The notes: generated from the sequence alone by a model not told the origin. A stretch of 24,000 nucleotides of DNA from Nanobdellota archaeon (GCA_038045705.1 JBBSXO010000003.1:128828-152827), one strand, 5' to 3'. Positions 1 through 8,549 are shown, counted from the stretch's first letter. Numbers and translations: made by a program.

Positions 1-407
1 CAAGCGTCAGCATACTTTCTCCACTCAAACGGTCCTTTTCCATCTACCGCATCTTTTGCAGATCTATTTACATCAACTGCTAAGTCATCTATACTTTTAA
101 CGACTTCAAATCTTAGTCCTCTTTTAACTAAATCTCCAAGTTTATCTTCAAATTCAGCTTTTGTTATTGTTTGTAAGTCAATCCCATGATCTCCCAAATA
201 AGATCTTATAATTAAACCAAAAAGAGGTGTTTTACTTTTGACATATTGTGGCTCTAAAGTCATTTTTCTTATCCAATCTTCTGTTTCCCTTATTACCAAA
301 GGGTTACCTTTAAACATCATATAAGTACTATGAATGTAATTAGCTAACGGAAACCAATCATTCCATCTATGTTTGCTTTCTCCAAATTCATATTCGCTGT
401 CTAACAT
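1..407 (-). CDS. Hypothetical protein, partial (C-terminus beyond the window's left edge)
   Basis: Open minus-strand frame from ATG at 407 to the edge: MLDSEYEFGESKHRWNDWFPLANYIHSTYMMFKGNPLVIRETEDWIRKMTLEPQYVKSKTPLFGLIIRSYLGDHG... No family recognised. Confidence 0.6.
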   Translation of the reverse strand, partial: MLDSEYEFGESKHRWNDWFPLANYIHSTYMMFKGNPLVIRETEDWIRKMTLEPQYVKSKTPLFGLIIRSYLGDHGIDLQTITKAEFEDKLGDLVKRGLRFEVVKSIDDLAVDVNRSAKDAVDGKGPFEWRKYADA

Positions 408-538
408 AGTTCTCCCACAAAATAAGGCTATTTAAATTTAACTAATAAGTAGTTACATGTGCTTCCTCAAGACATTTGTCACCCCCTATCAAAATGATGA
501 GTAACCAATTTATTCATAGGCTGTAAAAACAATTATTA

Positions 539-1609
539 TTACCTTTTTGCTTCAGCCAATAATTCATCCATTAATCCATCACAAAGTTGAGTATAATAGT
601 ACTGATCAAAATGAACAACTGAATCATGAGAATGTATAACATCCCAAAATTTCTCTTTAATACTTATTAAAAAGTCTCTAAGATCTTTAGCATTTGTAAA
701 GAACATCATAAGTGATAAATCCCATGTACCTATTTGTTCTATTAAAGAGTAAAAGCGTTCATCATTGTAGAGATATGTCAAAAAGTCTTCTTTTCTTTTA
801 TGAGATATATTTCTAAATTTTATCATTACGGTAGTGTATTGGTAATCAAGTAGATGGTAATTTAGACGAAGAATAAATTCTTTAATAATTCCAGCTTTAA
901 TTAGGTTTTTTATCCTATAGTTTACTGCATCTCTGGAAAGATTTAATTTTTTTCCTAGATCTGTAAGGGAGATGCGTGAATCTTCGTGTAGGTTTTTTAG
1001 TAGGATAATATCCTTTTCATCCAATTCAACTTCTTTCTTTTGTTTTGCATTAAATTCAGAGGTATAAGGGAAATTTAATTTAGATCCATATTCACTTTTC
1101 TTTTTCATATTTCTAATATATTTTTGGCTTTTATGTATAAAGTTTTTTACTGTAGCTACCATAAAATCATTAAGATATTCTTTAATTGGAGAAAGAATGC
1201 TCTCTAAGATTGAGTCGTAGTTTTCTTCATATAATGTTTCAAACATCAAAATTATCTCCCATTTCCCACCTGTTTCTATGACCCAATTAACATATTTGTT
1301 TTTTAAAAAGTCCTCGATAATTAGTTTCATTTTATCTTGAGATAAAGAATGAAATTGGAGGTATAGAACATATCTATGTGCTCCTAAAAGTTTTGGATCT
1401 ATAACTGTGAAAACATCAGTTATTATCTTATTTTTCCTAAGATTATTATATCTATAATTGATTACCTCTGTACTGGTTCTTAATAAGTCAGCTATTTGAG
1501 ATAAAGGAGTTCTACTATTAACTGTTAAGATATTAACAATTTCCCTATCTTTATTAGTTAACTCTATTTTTTTATGTTCTTCAGCAATTATTTCGCCAGT
1601 TTTCCTCAT
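539..1609 (-). CDS. Lrp/AsnC-like transcriptional regulator with two tandem winged-HTH/ligand-binding-like units
   Basis: Two repeats of an AsnC-type wHTH: 'LTNKDREIVNILTVNSRTPLSQIADLLRTSTEVINYRYNNLRKNKII' and 'LDEKDIILLKNLHEDSRISLTDLGKKLNLSRDAVNYRIKNLIKAGII', each followed by a similar alpha/beta region. Confidence 0.8.
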   Translation of the reverse strand: MRKTGEIIAEEHKKIELTNKDREIVNILTVNSRTPLSQIADLLRTSTEVINYRYNNLRKNKIITDVFTVIDPKLLGAHRYVLYLQFHSLSQDKMKLIIEDFLKNKYVNWVIETGGKWEIILMFETLYEENYDSILESILSPIKEYLNDFMVATVKNFIHKSQKYIRNMKKKSEYGSKLNFPYTSEFNAKQKKEVELDEKDIILLKNLHEDSRISLTDLGKKLNLSRDAVNYRIKNLIKAGIIKEFILRLNYHLLDYQYTTVMIKFRNISHKRKEDFLTYLYNDERFYSLIEQIGTWDLSLMMFFTNAKDLRDFLISIKEKFWDVIHSHDSVVHFDQYYYTQLCDGLMDELLAEAKR

Positions 1610-1621
1610 ATATTATATAGT

Positions 1622-1632
1622 GCTAAATTAGC
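1622..1632. promoter_or_regulatory. Perfect inverted repeat GCTAA-A-TTAGC in a divergent intergenic region; candidate operator
   Basis: Lies between the regulator ATG (1609) and an AT-rich TATA-like stretch (about 1634-1645) in the 93-bp divergent spacer. Confidence 0.4.
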
Positions 1633-1702
1633 TTATATATTTTACGCATATTTCAAGAAAGTCTATAACTAATTTTAAATATAGCTAATTATCTCTAAAT
1701 TT

Positions 1703-3256
1703 ATGAGTAAAGGTAATTTTGACCAAGCATTAGAGTCAGCAAGGCAAGAGTTAGCAACTTTTGATCTAAATGCAGTTCATGCTTTAGGGTTATCGAAAGT
1801 TCATACAGATTTACTTGGGAGTCATACAGTTGTCACTTACCCTCCCTTAGACTCTTTATCCAAAGACATTGATTCAGACAGATTACTTCAAAAAGTTAAA
1901 TTTGGACAAACAGTTAACGGCTATGCTCACGTTCCATGGTGTGAGTATCCATGCAAGTTTTGTCCGTATACCACATTAGGAATTAAAGGACAGGGTATAG
2001 AAAGAATGCCTGAGTATTTCCAAGCATTACAAAAAGAAGTTAAAATGTGGGCAGAAAAAATGAAAAGAGATTCATCTCAAATGGAATCTTTATATATTGG
2101 TGGAGGAACACCATTTGCAATTCCTACAAGTAAACTTGAATGGTTAGTTTCTATGCTTAGAACAGAAATTCCATTTACAAGTAATCCTGCAATATCAGTT
2201 GAAACAACACCATTTGCAGCATTGCAACCAGATGCAAGAGATAAGTTTGGAATATTAAGAGCAAATGGCGTTAACAGAATGAGTATGGGTGTCCAATCTT
2301 TTGATTTTCCAACTCTAAAAGATACTGCTAGAACATTTCAAGGGCATAAAGATGGAGACGAAGAAAAAGCAGTAAGAGTTCTTCTAGACTCGGAAATACC
2401 TCATATTAATATAGATATGATTCAAGATTTGCCAGAACAAGCTGGTTCTCCACTCGATCGTCTTCGTAATGATTTGGAAACAGTAGTAAGATTACAACCA
2501 CATCATATTACATGGTACAATATGCGTCTGAGACCTGAAACAACTTATGCCAGAAGAGGCACTTCATTTAAATCTCCCGAAGAAGAAAGCTTACTCCACC
2601 GTCTAACAATTTGGAACTTTATGGAAGTAGCTGGATATCAGGTATTAGAAGGAGATAGATTCGCTAAAGGAAAAGAATACGAAGATAAATTTAGGAAAGC
2701 AAGAGGATCAGTAACGAAAGATCTTCTAGGAATGGGTGTATCTGCTTATTCGCATGTTAATGAAGTATTCTTCCAAAATCCAAGAGTAACTGGCAATAAT
2801 GTTAGGTCAGATTCTAAATTAGCTACAGAACAATATGTTGAACGTCTAAGAAATGGAAATCATGCAATTACATTTGGTTTTCCAATAGATGCTTCTGAAA
2901 GGCTAGCAGCACTTTTTGCTCTAGGATTAAAGGCAGGAGTGGATCTTGAAGAAATTGAAAACGTAGCATTTGGTCAACCTGATTGTGGAGCATATATAAG
3001 ACACGTAATTAATCCAAGCGCAGATAGGTATGTTCCAGCAGGATTGTTAGAAGTAAAAGATGGAAGAATAAGATTTACAAGATTAGGAAGGTTATTTGAG
3101 AATGAGATTTGTGCTTCATTTTATTCTCCAACAGTTGTTGCTGAAGCGAAAGCAAGAAGAGGAGAATTAGCTCCAGAACTAATGAGATTATATCAAAACT
3201 ATGAAGGAACCAAGGCAATAGATAGAATGGTTATGGAACAAAAACCAACTTTATAG
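1703..3256 (+). CDS. HemN/HemW-like radical SAM protein (oxygen-independent coproporphyrinogen III oxidase-like family)
   Basis: CX3CX2C radical SAM motif in 'YAHVPWCEYPCKFCPYTT'; 'LYIGGGTP'; 'NRMSMGVQSFD'; 'DMIQDLPEQ...LQPHHITWYNMRLRPET'; HemN-like C-terminal region. Confidence 0.85.
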   Translation: MSKGNFDQALESARQELATFDLNAVHALGLSKVHTDLLGSHTVVTYPPLDSLSKDIDSDRLLQKVKFGQTVNGYAHVPWCEYPCKFCPYTTLGIKGQGIERMPEYFQALQKEVKMWAEKMKRDSSQMESLYIGGGTPFAIPTSKLEWLVSMLRTEIPFTSNPAISVETTPFAALQPDARDKFGILRANGVNRMSMGVQSFDFPTLKDTARTFQGHKDGDEEKAVRVLLDSEIPHINIDMIQDLPEQAGSPLDRLRNDLETVVRLQPHHITWYNMRLRPETTYARRGTSFKSPEEESLLHRLTIWNFMEVAGYQVLEGDRFAKGKEYEDKFRKARGSVTKDLLGMGVSAYSHVNEVFFQNPRVTGNNVRSDSKLATEQYVERLRNGNHAITFGFPIDASERLAALFALGLKAGVDLEEIENVAFGQPDCGAYIRHVINPSADRYVPAGLLEVKDGRIRFTRLGRLFENEICASFYSPTVVAEAKARRGELAPELMRLYQNYEGTKAIDRMVMEQKPTL

Positions 3257-3306
3257 TAATTTTATTAAAATAATCAGTTACGCATGAAAGGATACGAAGA
3301 GGGGTA

Positions 3307-3378
3307 TGCGCCGGTCGGGAATCGAACCCGACTCTTCGACTTGGGAAGCCGAAATCTTAACCGATGGACCACCGGCGC
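3307..3378 (-). tRNA. tRNA-Gly (anticodon CCC)
   Basis: Reverse complement GCGCCGGTGGTCCATCGGTTAAGATTTCGGCTTCCCAAGTCGAAGAGTCGGGTTCGATTCCCGACCGGCGCA. Acceptor stem GCGCCGG/CCGGCGC, anticodon stem TCGGC/GTCGA with loop TTCCCAA, T arm TCGGG-TTCGATT-CCCGA. Confidence 0.93.
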
Positions 3379-3428
3379 CTAAAGTTAGCAATGACAAGTC
3401 TTTTAAAAAGCTAATTACAAATTACAAT

Positions 3429-4241
3429 ATGAAAAAGAGCACAAAGAAAAATTGGAAAAGGTTCTTCAAATATCTTTGGCTTGTAATCTGGAACATAATA
3501 AAAATCCCTTATTACATAGTAAAATTAATTTCAAAAACTCAAGATAAATTAGAACAAAAAGAAATTAAACAGATAGTAGAAAAAAAGAGGGATTCAGTAA
3601 AAGCCATTTACCAAGATTTCAAAATATTAAATACACAGAACGGAAATTACAAAGAATATGAAAAATATATCTCGAGTGATAAAAGCAAGATAGGAATAAT
3701 TCTAGGTGCTAGAGGCACAGGTAAAACAGCAATTGGAATTAAAATATTAGAAAACATTTACGCAAAGAGCAAAAGAAAGTTATATGCTATAGGTTTCAAA
3801 AAAGAAGACATGCCTTCATGGATTGAAGTAATAGAAAGCATAGAAGAAATAAATAATAATTCAACAGTCCTAATTGATGAAGGAGGAGTTTTATTCAGTT
3901 CAAGAAATGCAATGACTAAACCCAACAAACTTCTTAGCCAGTTAATTCTCATTGCAAGGCATAAAAATCTTAACATCTTATTTATTTCTCAAAACTCATC
4001 AAACTTAGATGTAAACATACTAAGACAAGCAGACCATTTGATACTAAAGCCAACTTCCTTACTACAGGAAGACTTTGAAAGAAAAAAAATAAAAGAGATA
4101 TATGAAGAACAACAAGAAAACTTCAAAAAATATCAAAATATTAAAGGATACACATATATCTATTCAGAAGAGTTCAGAGGATTCATAGCCAACCCATTAC
4201 CATCATTTTGGAGTACAAATATCAGCAAGAGCTTCAGATAA
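3429..4241 (+). CDS. P-loop ATPase, Zot-like / HerA-FtsK-like, with an N-terminal hydrophobic segment
   Basis: Walker A 'GARGTGKT', Walker B 'STVLIDEGG', then 'LLSQLILIARHKNLNILFISQNSSNLDVNILRQADHLILK'. The track's ORF start at 3306 runs through the tRNA gene, so the ATG at 3429 (MKKSTKKNWKRFFKYLWLVIWNIIKIPYYIV...) is more plausible. Confidence 0.75.
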   Translation: MKKSTKKNWKRFFKYLWLVIWNIIKIPYYIVKLISKTQDKLEQKEIKQIVEKKRDSVKAIYQDFKILNTQNGNYKEYEKYISSDKSKIGIILGARGTGKTAIGIKILENIYAKSKRKLYAIGFKKEDMPSWIEVIESIEEINNNSTVLIDEGGVLFSSRNAMTKPNKLLSQLILIARHKNLNILFISQNSSNLDVNILRQADHLILKPTSLLQEDFERKKIKEIYEEQQENFKKYQNIKGYTYIYSEEFRGFIANPLPSFWSTNISKSFR

Positions 4242-4272
4242 GGTTTTAATATCAAATAATTATTCTATAATT

Positions 4273-5715
4273 ATGACAAAAGAAACATTCTATATTACAA
4301 CCCCTATATACTATCCAAATGATATTCCACATTTGGGTCATGCATACACAACTATAGCAGCAGATGTAATGGCCAGATGGAATAAACTTCTTGGAAAAAA
4401 TGTATTCTTTCTAACAGGTACAGATGAACACGGTAAAAAATTAGCAGACACAGCTACAAAAAATAAACAGAAACCAAAAGAATTTATAGATAAATTAATA
4501 CCAGAATTCAAAAAAGATTGGAAAAGCCTAAACATAGAATATGATAGATTCATAAGAACAACAGACAAAGATCATGAGGATACAGTTCAGAAAATATTGC
4601 AAAAACTAGATGACAACGGAGATATTTACTTAGGAGAATATGAAGGGTTTTACTGTACTTCTTGTGAAGCCTATTACACTGAAAAAGACGCCCCTAATCT
4701 AAATTGCCCTATACACGAAAAACAATTAGATAAATTAAAAGAACCGTCCTATTTCTTTAAATTATCAAAATATGAAAAATTTTTGTTAGACCATTATAAA
4801 AAAAATCCAAATTTCATCCTGCCACAAAAAAGAGCAAATGAAGTAATAAACAGAGTAAAAGAAGGTCTAAAGGATCTAAGTATATCAAGAACTTCTTTTG
4901 ATTGGGGGATTCCTTTACCATTCAATAAAAAACACGTCACTTTCGTTTGGGTAGACGCCCTATTCAATTATTACTCTGCAACTCAAAGTGAAAAAAAATT
5001 AAACAAATTCTGGCCAGCAGATCTTCACTTAATTGGAAAGGATATTTTATGGTTTCACACAGTTTATTGGCCAGCACTTCTAAAAGCAGTAGATTTACCC
5101 TTGCCAAAGACAGTATTTGCTCATGGATGGTGGACAGTTAATAGTAAAAAGATGGGCAAGTCTACAGGTAATGCAGTAAAAATAAATGAGCTAATTAGTA
5201 TTGTAGGTGTAGATTCTGCTAGATATTTCTTACTTCGTGAAACTCCTCTAGGAGATGACGGAGATTTTTCTGAAAGCATGCTAATCGAACGTCACAACAA
5301 CGAACTAGCAAACAAACTAGGTAATCTAGTAAGCAGAGTCTCAGCTCTAGCTGAAAAATATGGAATTGAAAAAACAAAAAATAGTTTAGAAATAAAAGAA
5401 ACTCTAAAACAAATAGAAGAACATTTCAATAATTACGAATTGCATAAAGTCCTAGAGAGTATTTTCACATATATAGATAAAACAAATGAATACATACAAG
5501 AAAAGAAACCATGGGAAACAAAAGATAAAAAAGTATTATATGAGCTAGTTTTAGCAATAAAAAATATTGCAATTCTAGTCAGTCCATTCATGCCAGACAC
5601 AGCAGAGAAGATAGCTAAAACATTTAATTTCAAAATCTCTTTAGATGAGTTAGATAAAACTCTAAAGGAAAGCAAGATAGTTAAATCAGAAATTTTATTC
5701 CAAAAAATAACATGA
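4273..5715 (+). CDS. metG: Methionyl-tRNA synthetase catalytic and anticodon-binding subunit (bacterial-like type)
   Basis: 'YITTPIYYPNDIPHLGHAYTTIAADVMARW', 'FLTGTDEHG', one zinc-type insertion 'CTSCEAYYTEKDAPNLNCPIH', 'KKMGKSTGN' (KMSKS-type loop), 'WGIPLPF'. Confidence 0.92.
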   Translation: MTKETFYITTPIYYPNDIPHLGHAYTTIAADVMARWNKLLGKNVFFLTGTDEHGKKLADTATKNKQKPKEFIDKLIPEFKKDWKSLNIEYDRFIRTTDKDHEDTVQKILQKLDDNGDIYLGEYEGFYCTSCEAYYTEKDAPNLNCPIHEKQLDKLKEPSYFFKLSKYEKFLLDHYKKNPNFILPQKRANEVINRVKEGLKDLSISRTSFDWGIPLPFNKKHVTFVWVDALFNYYSATQSEKKLNKFWPADLHLIGKDILWFHTVYWPALLKAVDLPLPKTVFAHGWWTVNSKKMGKSTGNAVKINELISIVGVDSARYFLLRETPLGDDGDFSESMLIERHNNELANKLGNLVSRVSALAEKYGIEKTKNSLEIKETLKQIEEHFNNYELHKVLESIFTYIDKTNEYIQEKKPWETKDKKVLYELVLAIKNIAILVSPFMPDTAEKIAKTFNFKISLDELDKTLKESKIVKSEILFQKIT

Positions 5716-6050
5716 CTGATAAAATACCCTTCACAGACTTTGAGAAAGTAGACTTGCGAGTTGGAACAATACTCGAAGTTGAGAATCATCCTAAAGCAGA
5801 TAAACTTTATGTCTTAAAAGTAGATTTAGGAGAAGATAGTCCAAGAACAATAGTAGCAGGTCTAAGACCACACTATACTCACGAAAACCTAAAAGGAAAA
5901 CAAGCCATATTCGTAGTTAATCTTGAACCAGTAAATCTCAGAGGAATAGAAAGCAATGGCATGATTCTAGCAGCCTCAAACCAAGAAAAAACTAATGTCT
6001 TTTTCTTAAAACCAGATAAACAAATAGCACCAGGAAGTAAAATACACTAA
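5712..6050 (+). CDS. MetRS beta subunit / C-terminal tRNA-binding (Trbp111/EMAPII-like OB-fold) protein
   Basis: 'FEKVDLRVGTILEVENHPKADKLYVLKVDLGEDSPRTIVAGLRPHYTHENLKGKQAIFVVNLEPVNLRGIESNGMILAAS'. Starts with an ATGA overlap with the metG stop. Confidence 0.9.
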   Translation: MTDKIPFTDFEKVDLRVGTILEVENHPKADKLYVLKVDLGEDSPRTIVAGLRPHYTHENLKGKQAIFVVNLEPVNLRGIESNGMILAASNQEKTNVFFLKPDKQIAPGSKIH

Positions 6051-6054
6051 ATTT

Positions 6055-6798
6055 TTAACCAATCAACTTCTTCCAAAACCCTGGTTCTTTATAACTAACT
6101 CCTGCAATCTTAGCAGCAATTCTTTTGTAAGCTAAAGCAGATTTTGTATATGGATACATATGAATAACAGCATCTTTATGTCTCAAAGAAGCTAATATCT
6201 TTTTATCTTCAGGAATAACACCTAATATCGGCAAATCAAGCATTTCCTTAATATTAGAAATAGACATCTCATGAGTATTTCCAGAGACTCTAGTAACTAT
6301 AACTCCCCTCACTTTTTTTCCCAACTCTTGAGCTAACCTAGCAGTTTTCAAAGCATCTGTAACAGCAGTAATTTCCGGGTTAGTAACTATAACAAGTTCA
6401 TCAGCAGCTTCTATCGAAGCAACAGCCTCATCTCCCAAACCAGCAGCTGAATCAAGTAAAACAAAATCAGCCATTCCTCTAAGTTTTTTAGCAACATCAG
6501 TCAATTTACTATGATTAATTTTTCTAAGTTCTTTAACAGAAAGTGAAGAAGGAATAACCTTAGTTCCAGAATCATGCTCATAAATAGCATCTCCTACTTT
6601 AGCTTTTCCTTGCATAACATGATTTAAATTAACAGGAACAATTGGAGCCCCAAGATGCAATCCAACATTAGGAGTAGTCAAATTAGCATCAACAATTATG
6701 ACTTCTTTATTTAAAGCATTTAAAGCGGCGCCTAAATTTATAGTAGTAGTCGTCTTACCAACGCCACCTTTTCCAGATGTAACTGTTATTACTGCCAT
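6055..6798 (-). CDS. MinD/ParA-family ATPase
   Basis: Deviant Walker A 'TSGKGGVGKTTTTINLGAAL', 'FVLLDSAAGLGDEA', 'ELVIVTNPEITAVTDALK'. Confidence 0.9.
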   Translation of the reverse strand: MAVITVTSGKGGVGKTTTTINLGAALNALNKEVIIVDANLTTPNVGLHLGAPIVPVNLNHVMQGKAKVGDAIYEHDSGTKVIPSSLSVKELRKINHSKLTDVAKKLRGMADFVLLDSAAGLGDEAVASIEAADELVIVTNPEITAVTDALKTARLAQELGKKVRGVIVTRVSGNTHEMSISNIKEMLDLPILGVIPEDKKILASLRHKDAVIHMYPYTKSALAYKRIAAKIAGVSYKEPGFWKKLIG

Positions 6799-6829
6799 TT
6801 GAATTTAAAATCACTTTAATAAAAGACAA

Positions 6830-7264
6830 TTACTTGAGATAGCTTATAAACCTTTCTAGAATTTGCGAATATATTGCAAGTTGTTCGAGGTTAATATTAA
6901 CAATTTTAGTTTTGTAAGTAACTCTTAAATTAACTCCTTTTCGAAATTCACTTTCTCTCATTTTCTCAAGGTTTTCAATGTCTCTAAAAAATTCATACAA
7001 ATCAAGTGCTTCAATGATAACTGGTTCGTTAGCATAAATTTTCCTCAACTGAATAACCTTGGCTCTAGGCGCATCAGGTACCGGTTTCCAAGACTTCCCA
7101 GCCTTTTTAATTAAAAAACCAAAAGAAGTATCAACCATAATTTTCCATCTGGAAAGTAAATTCAAAATAACATCACAAGTCTTTGTATATTTTAAGCTAA
7201 CATAAAGTAAATGGTCTGCGCTAATTTTCTCCTTAATAATATCTTCAATCAACATAAATAGCAA
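6830..7264 (-). CDS. Hypothetical protein, apparently co-transcribed with minD-like gene
   Basis: 144-aa ORF, same strand, about 31 bp upstream of the MinD-like ATPase; 'KKAGKSWKPVPDAPRAKVIQLRKIYANEPVIIEALDLYEFFRDIENL'. No family recognised. Confidence 0.65.
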   Translation of the reverse strand: MLFMLIEDIIKEKISADHLLYVSLKYTKTCDVILNLLSRWKIMVDTSFGFLIKKAGKSWKPVPDAPRAKVIQLRKIYANEPVIIEALDLYEFFRDIENLEKMRESEFRKGVNLRVTYKTKIVNINLEQLAIYSQILERFISYLK

Positions 7265-7335
7265 TTCCTAAGGACAAGACTATGTTAAAAGTTCTTTTTA
7301 TACCTTTCTACTTATAAACTTTATAAAGGGATATA

Positions 7336-7668
7336 TCACTCAGAAGAAAGTTCAATTATTGTTTGAGCTATATCCCCCTCATTCCTTTCAAGAGCACTCT
7401 TTGATCCATCATAATCTTTTCCAGTTTTTTCCATAATTAAACGAATATCTTCTTCGGAAATACCTATCTCCTCTTCATTAGCCTCTCCAGATATTTGCCA
7501 TGTTTGTTGACCTTGCATAGTTACTTTAACAACAGAAGGATTTTCAATCACAATCTTAGATCCATCATTTTTCTCAATAACAACACGAGAAGCATCAACT
7601 TCATCTTGTTTAATACCCATCTGCTTCATCATAGCTTGCATCTTCTTAGGGTCAATTCCGCCAAACAT
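7336..7668 (-). CDS. nac: Archaeal nascent polypeptide-associated complex protein (NAC domain plus C-terminal UBA-like domain)
   Basis: 'MFGGIDPKKMQAMMKQMGIKQDEVDASRVVIEKNDGSKIVIENPSVVKVTMQGQQTWQISG' and UBA-like 'SEEDIRLIMEKTGKDYDGSKSALERNEGDIAQTIIELS'. Confidence 0.93.
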   Translation of the reverse strand: MFGGIDPKKMQAMMKQMGIKQDEVDASRVVIEKNDGSKIVIENPSVVKVTMQGQQTWQISGEANEEEIGISEEDIRLIMEKTGKDYDGSKSALERNEGDIAQTIIELSSE

Positions 7669-7689
7669 GTTCCAAAATCACAAACAAAC

Positions 7690-8292
7690 CTATTTATAGG
7701 TTTCTAAAAAATCAGCAAGAGCATTCCCAATCAATGTGGGGGGAAATGAAGGAGCATCAATTCCAAGAGTATTAACTTCTTTAGGAGAAAGAGGCACATG
7801 AACAAAAACAGTTTTAGAATTTAGATTTTTATCAGAAACTAATTTTAAACATCTAAAATAAGCATTATTACAGATATAAGTTCCAGCAAAAAAAGATAAA
7901 TCGCAAGGTATATCCAATTTCTTCAAATGGTTTACTAACATTTCACAATTAAATTTGGTTTTAATAGCGTCAGCTCCAGAGATTATTTTTTTATTAGTAA
8001 AAATCTTTCCCTTCTCATCACCCCTAGGTTCATGAATTACATTTAAAGCAATACTTTCAACAGTAATTTTGTTTCTTTTAGAAGCACCTAAACCTAATAT
8101 AAAATAAGGTTCAAATTCTAAAATCACTTTTTCTAAATTTCTCTCAAATCCATAATCAACTGAAAAGATCTCAAGTCTTATATTGATTCCATTTTTGCCT
8201 TTAAGAGAGTCATAAATAATTTTTCCAACTTCAGCAGATGGATTAGTATTCAGTTTATCAAATTTCTTGAAAGCATAAACTAAAATCTTCAT
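7690..8292 (-). CDS. Divergent pyroglutamyl-peptidase I-like (peptidase C15) protein
   Basis: 'MKILVYAFKKFDKLNTNPS', 'VESIALNV', 'AGTYICNNAYF' (candidate nucleophile Cys), 'VFVHVPLSP' (candidate His). Start at 8292 fits the family better than the track start at 8304. Confidence 0.7.
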   Translation of the reverse strand: MKILVYAFKKFDKLNTNPSAEVGKIIYDSLKGKNGINIRLEIFSVDYGFERNLEKVILEFEPYFILGLGASKRNKITVESIALNVIHEPRGDEKGKIFTNKKIISGADAIKTKFNCEMLVNHLKKLDIPCDLSFFAGTYICNNAYFRCLKLVSDKNLNSKTVFVHVPLSPKEVNTLGIDAPSFPPTLIGNALADFLETYK

Positions 8293-8336
8293 AAATTCCA
8301 ACAAAAAGTTATATTAATATAACTTCCTATTACCCT

Positions 8337-8549
8337 TCACTTCTTCATAGGTAAAATAACCTTAGTCCCACACTCTGAACAAAACTTAACATTATCTTGC
8401 AAAACTATTTGACATCCAGAACATCTAACAGGTTCAACCTTTCTTTCAATTACTGTCTTATAGCCTTTCTTTCCAGATAGTAAAAAACCAAAAGCCTCTG
8501 CAACAGCATCACTATTCATCTGATCACGCAAATCTCTTCCACTAGTCAT
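8337..8549 (-). CDS. Small zinc-ribbon protein
   Basis: 70-aa ORF with 'VRCSGCQIVLQDNVKFCSECGTKVI' (CX2C...CX2C). Confidence 0.65.
   Translation of the reverse strand: MTSGRDLRDQMNSDAVAEAFGFLLSGKKGYKTVIERKVEPVRCSGCQIVLQDNVKFCSECGTKVILPMKK

Noticed and set aside
408-538. C-box-like ATGATGA near 473 as part of a C/D box sRNA
   Set aside because: No matching CUGA D box at suitable spacing was found.
3306-3428. N-terminal extension of the 311-aa ORF (MRRSGIEPDSSTWEAEILTDGPPAPK...)
   Set aside because: This stretch is the antisense reading of the tRNA-Gly gene. The ATG at 3429 is a better start.
3257-4272. tRNA-Gly as an attachment site for an integrated element carrying the Zot-like ATPase
   Set aside because: The ATPase lies on the 5' side of the tRNA, no duplicated tRNA 3' fragment was seen in the window, and no integrase or capsid gene is present.
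5433-5789. 118-aa minus-strand ORF and other antisense ORFs over known genes (3758-3976, 4338-4568, 7495-7707, 11447-11638, 11837-12067, 12360-12557, 22588-22947, 23413-23613)
   Set aside because: Each lies opposite a well-supported conserved gene and shows only low-complexity or hydrophobic shadow sequence.
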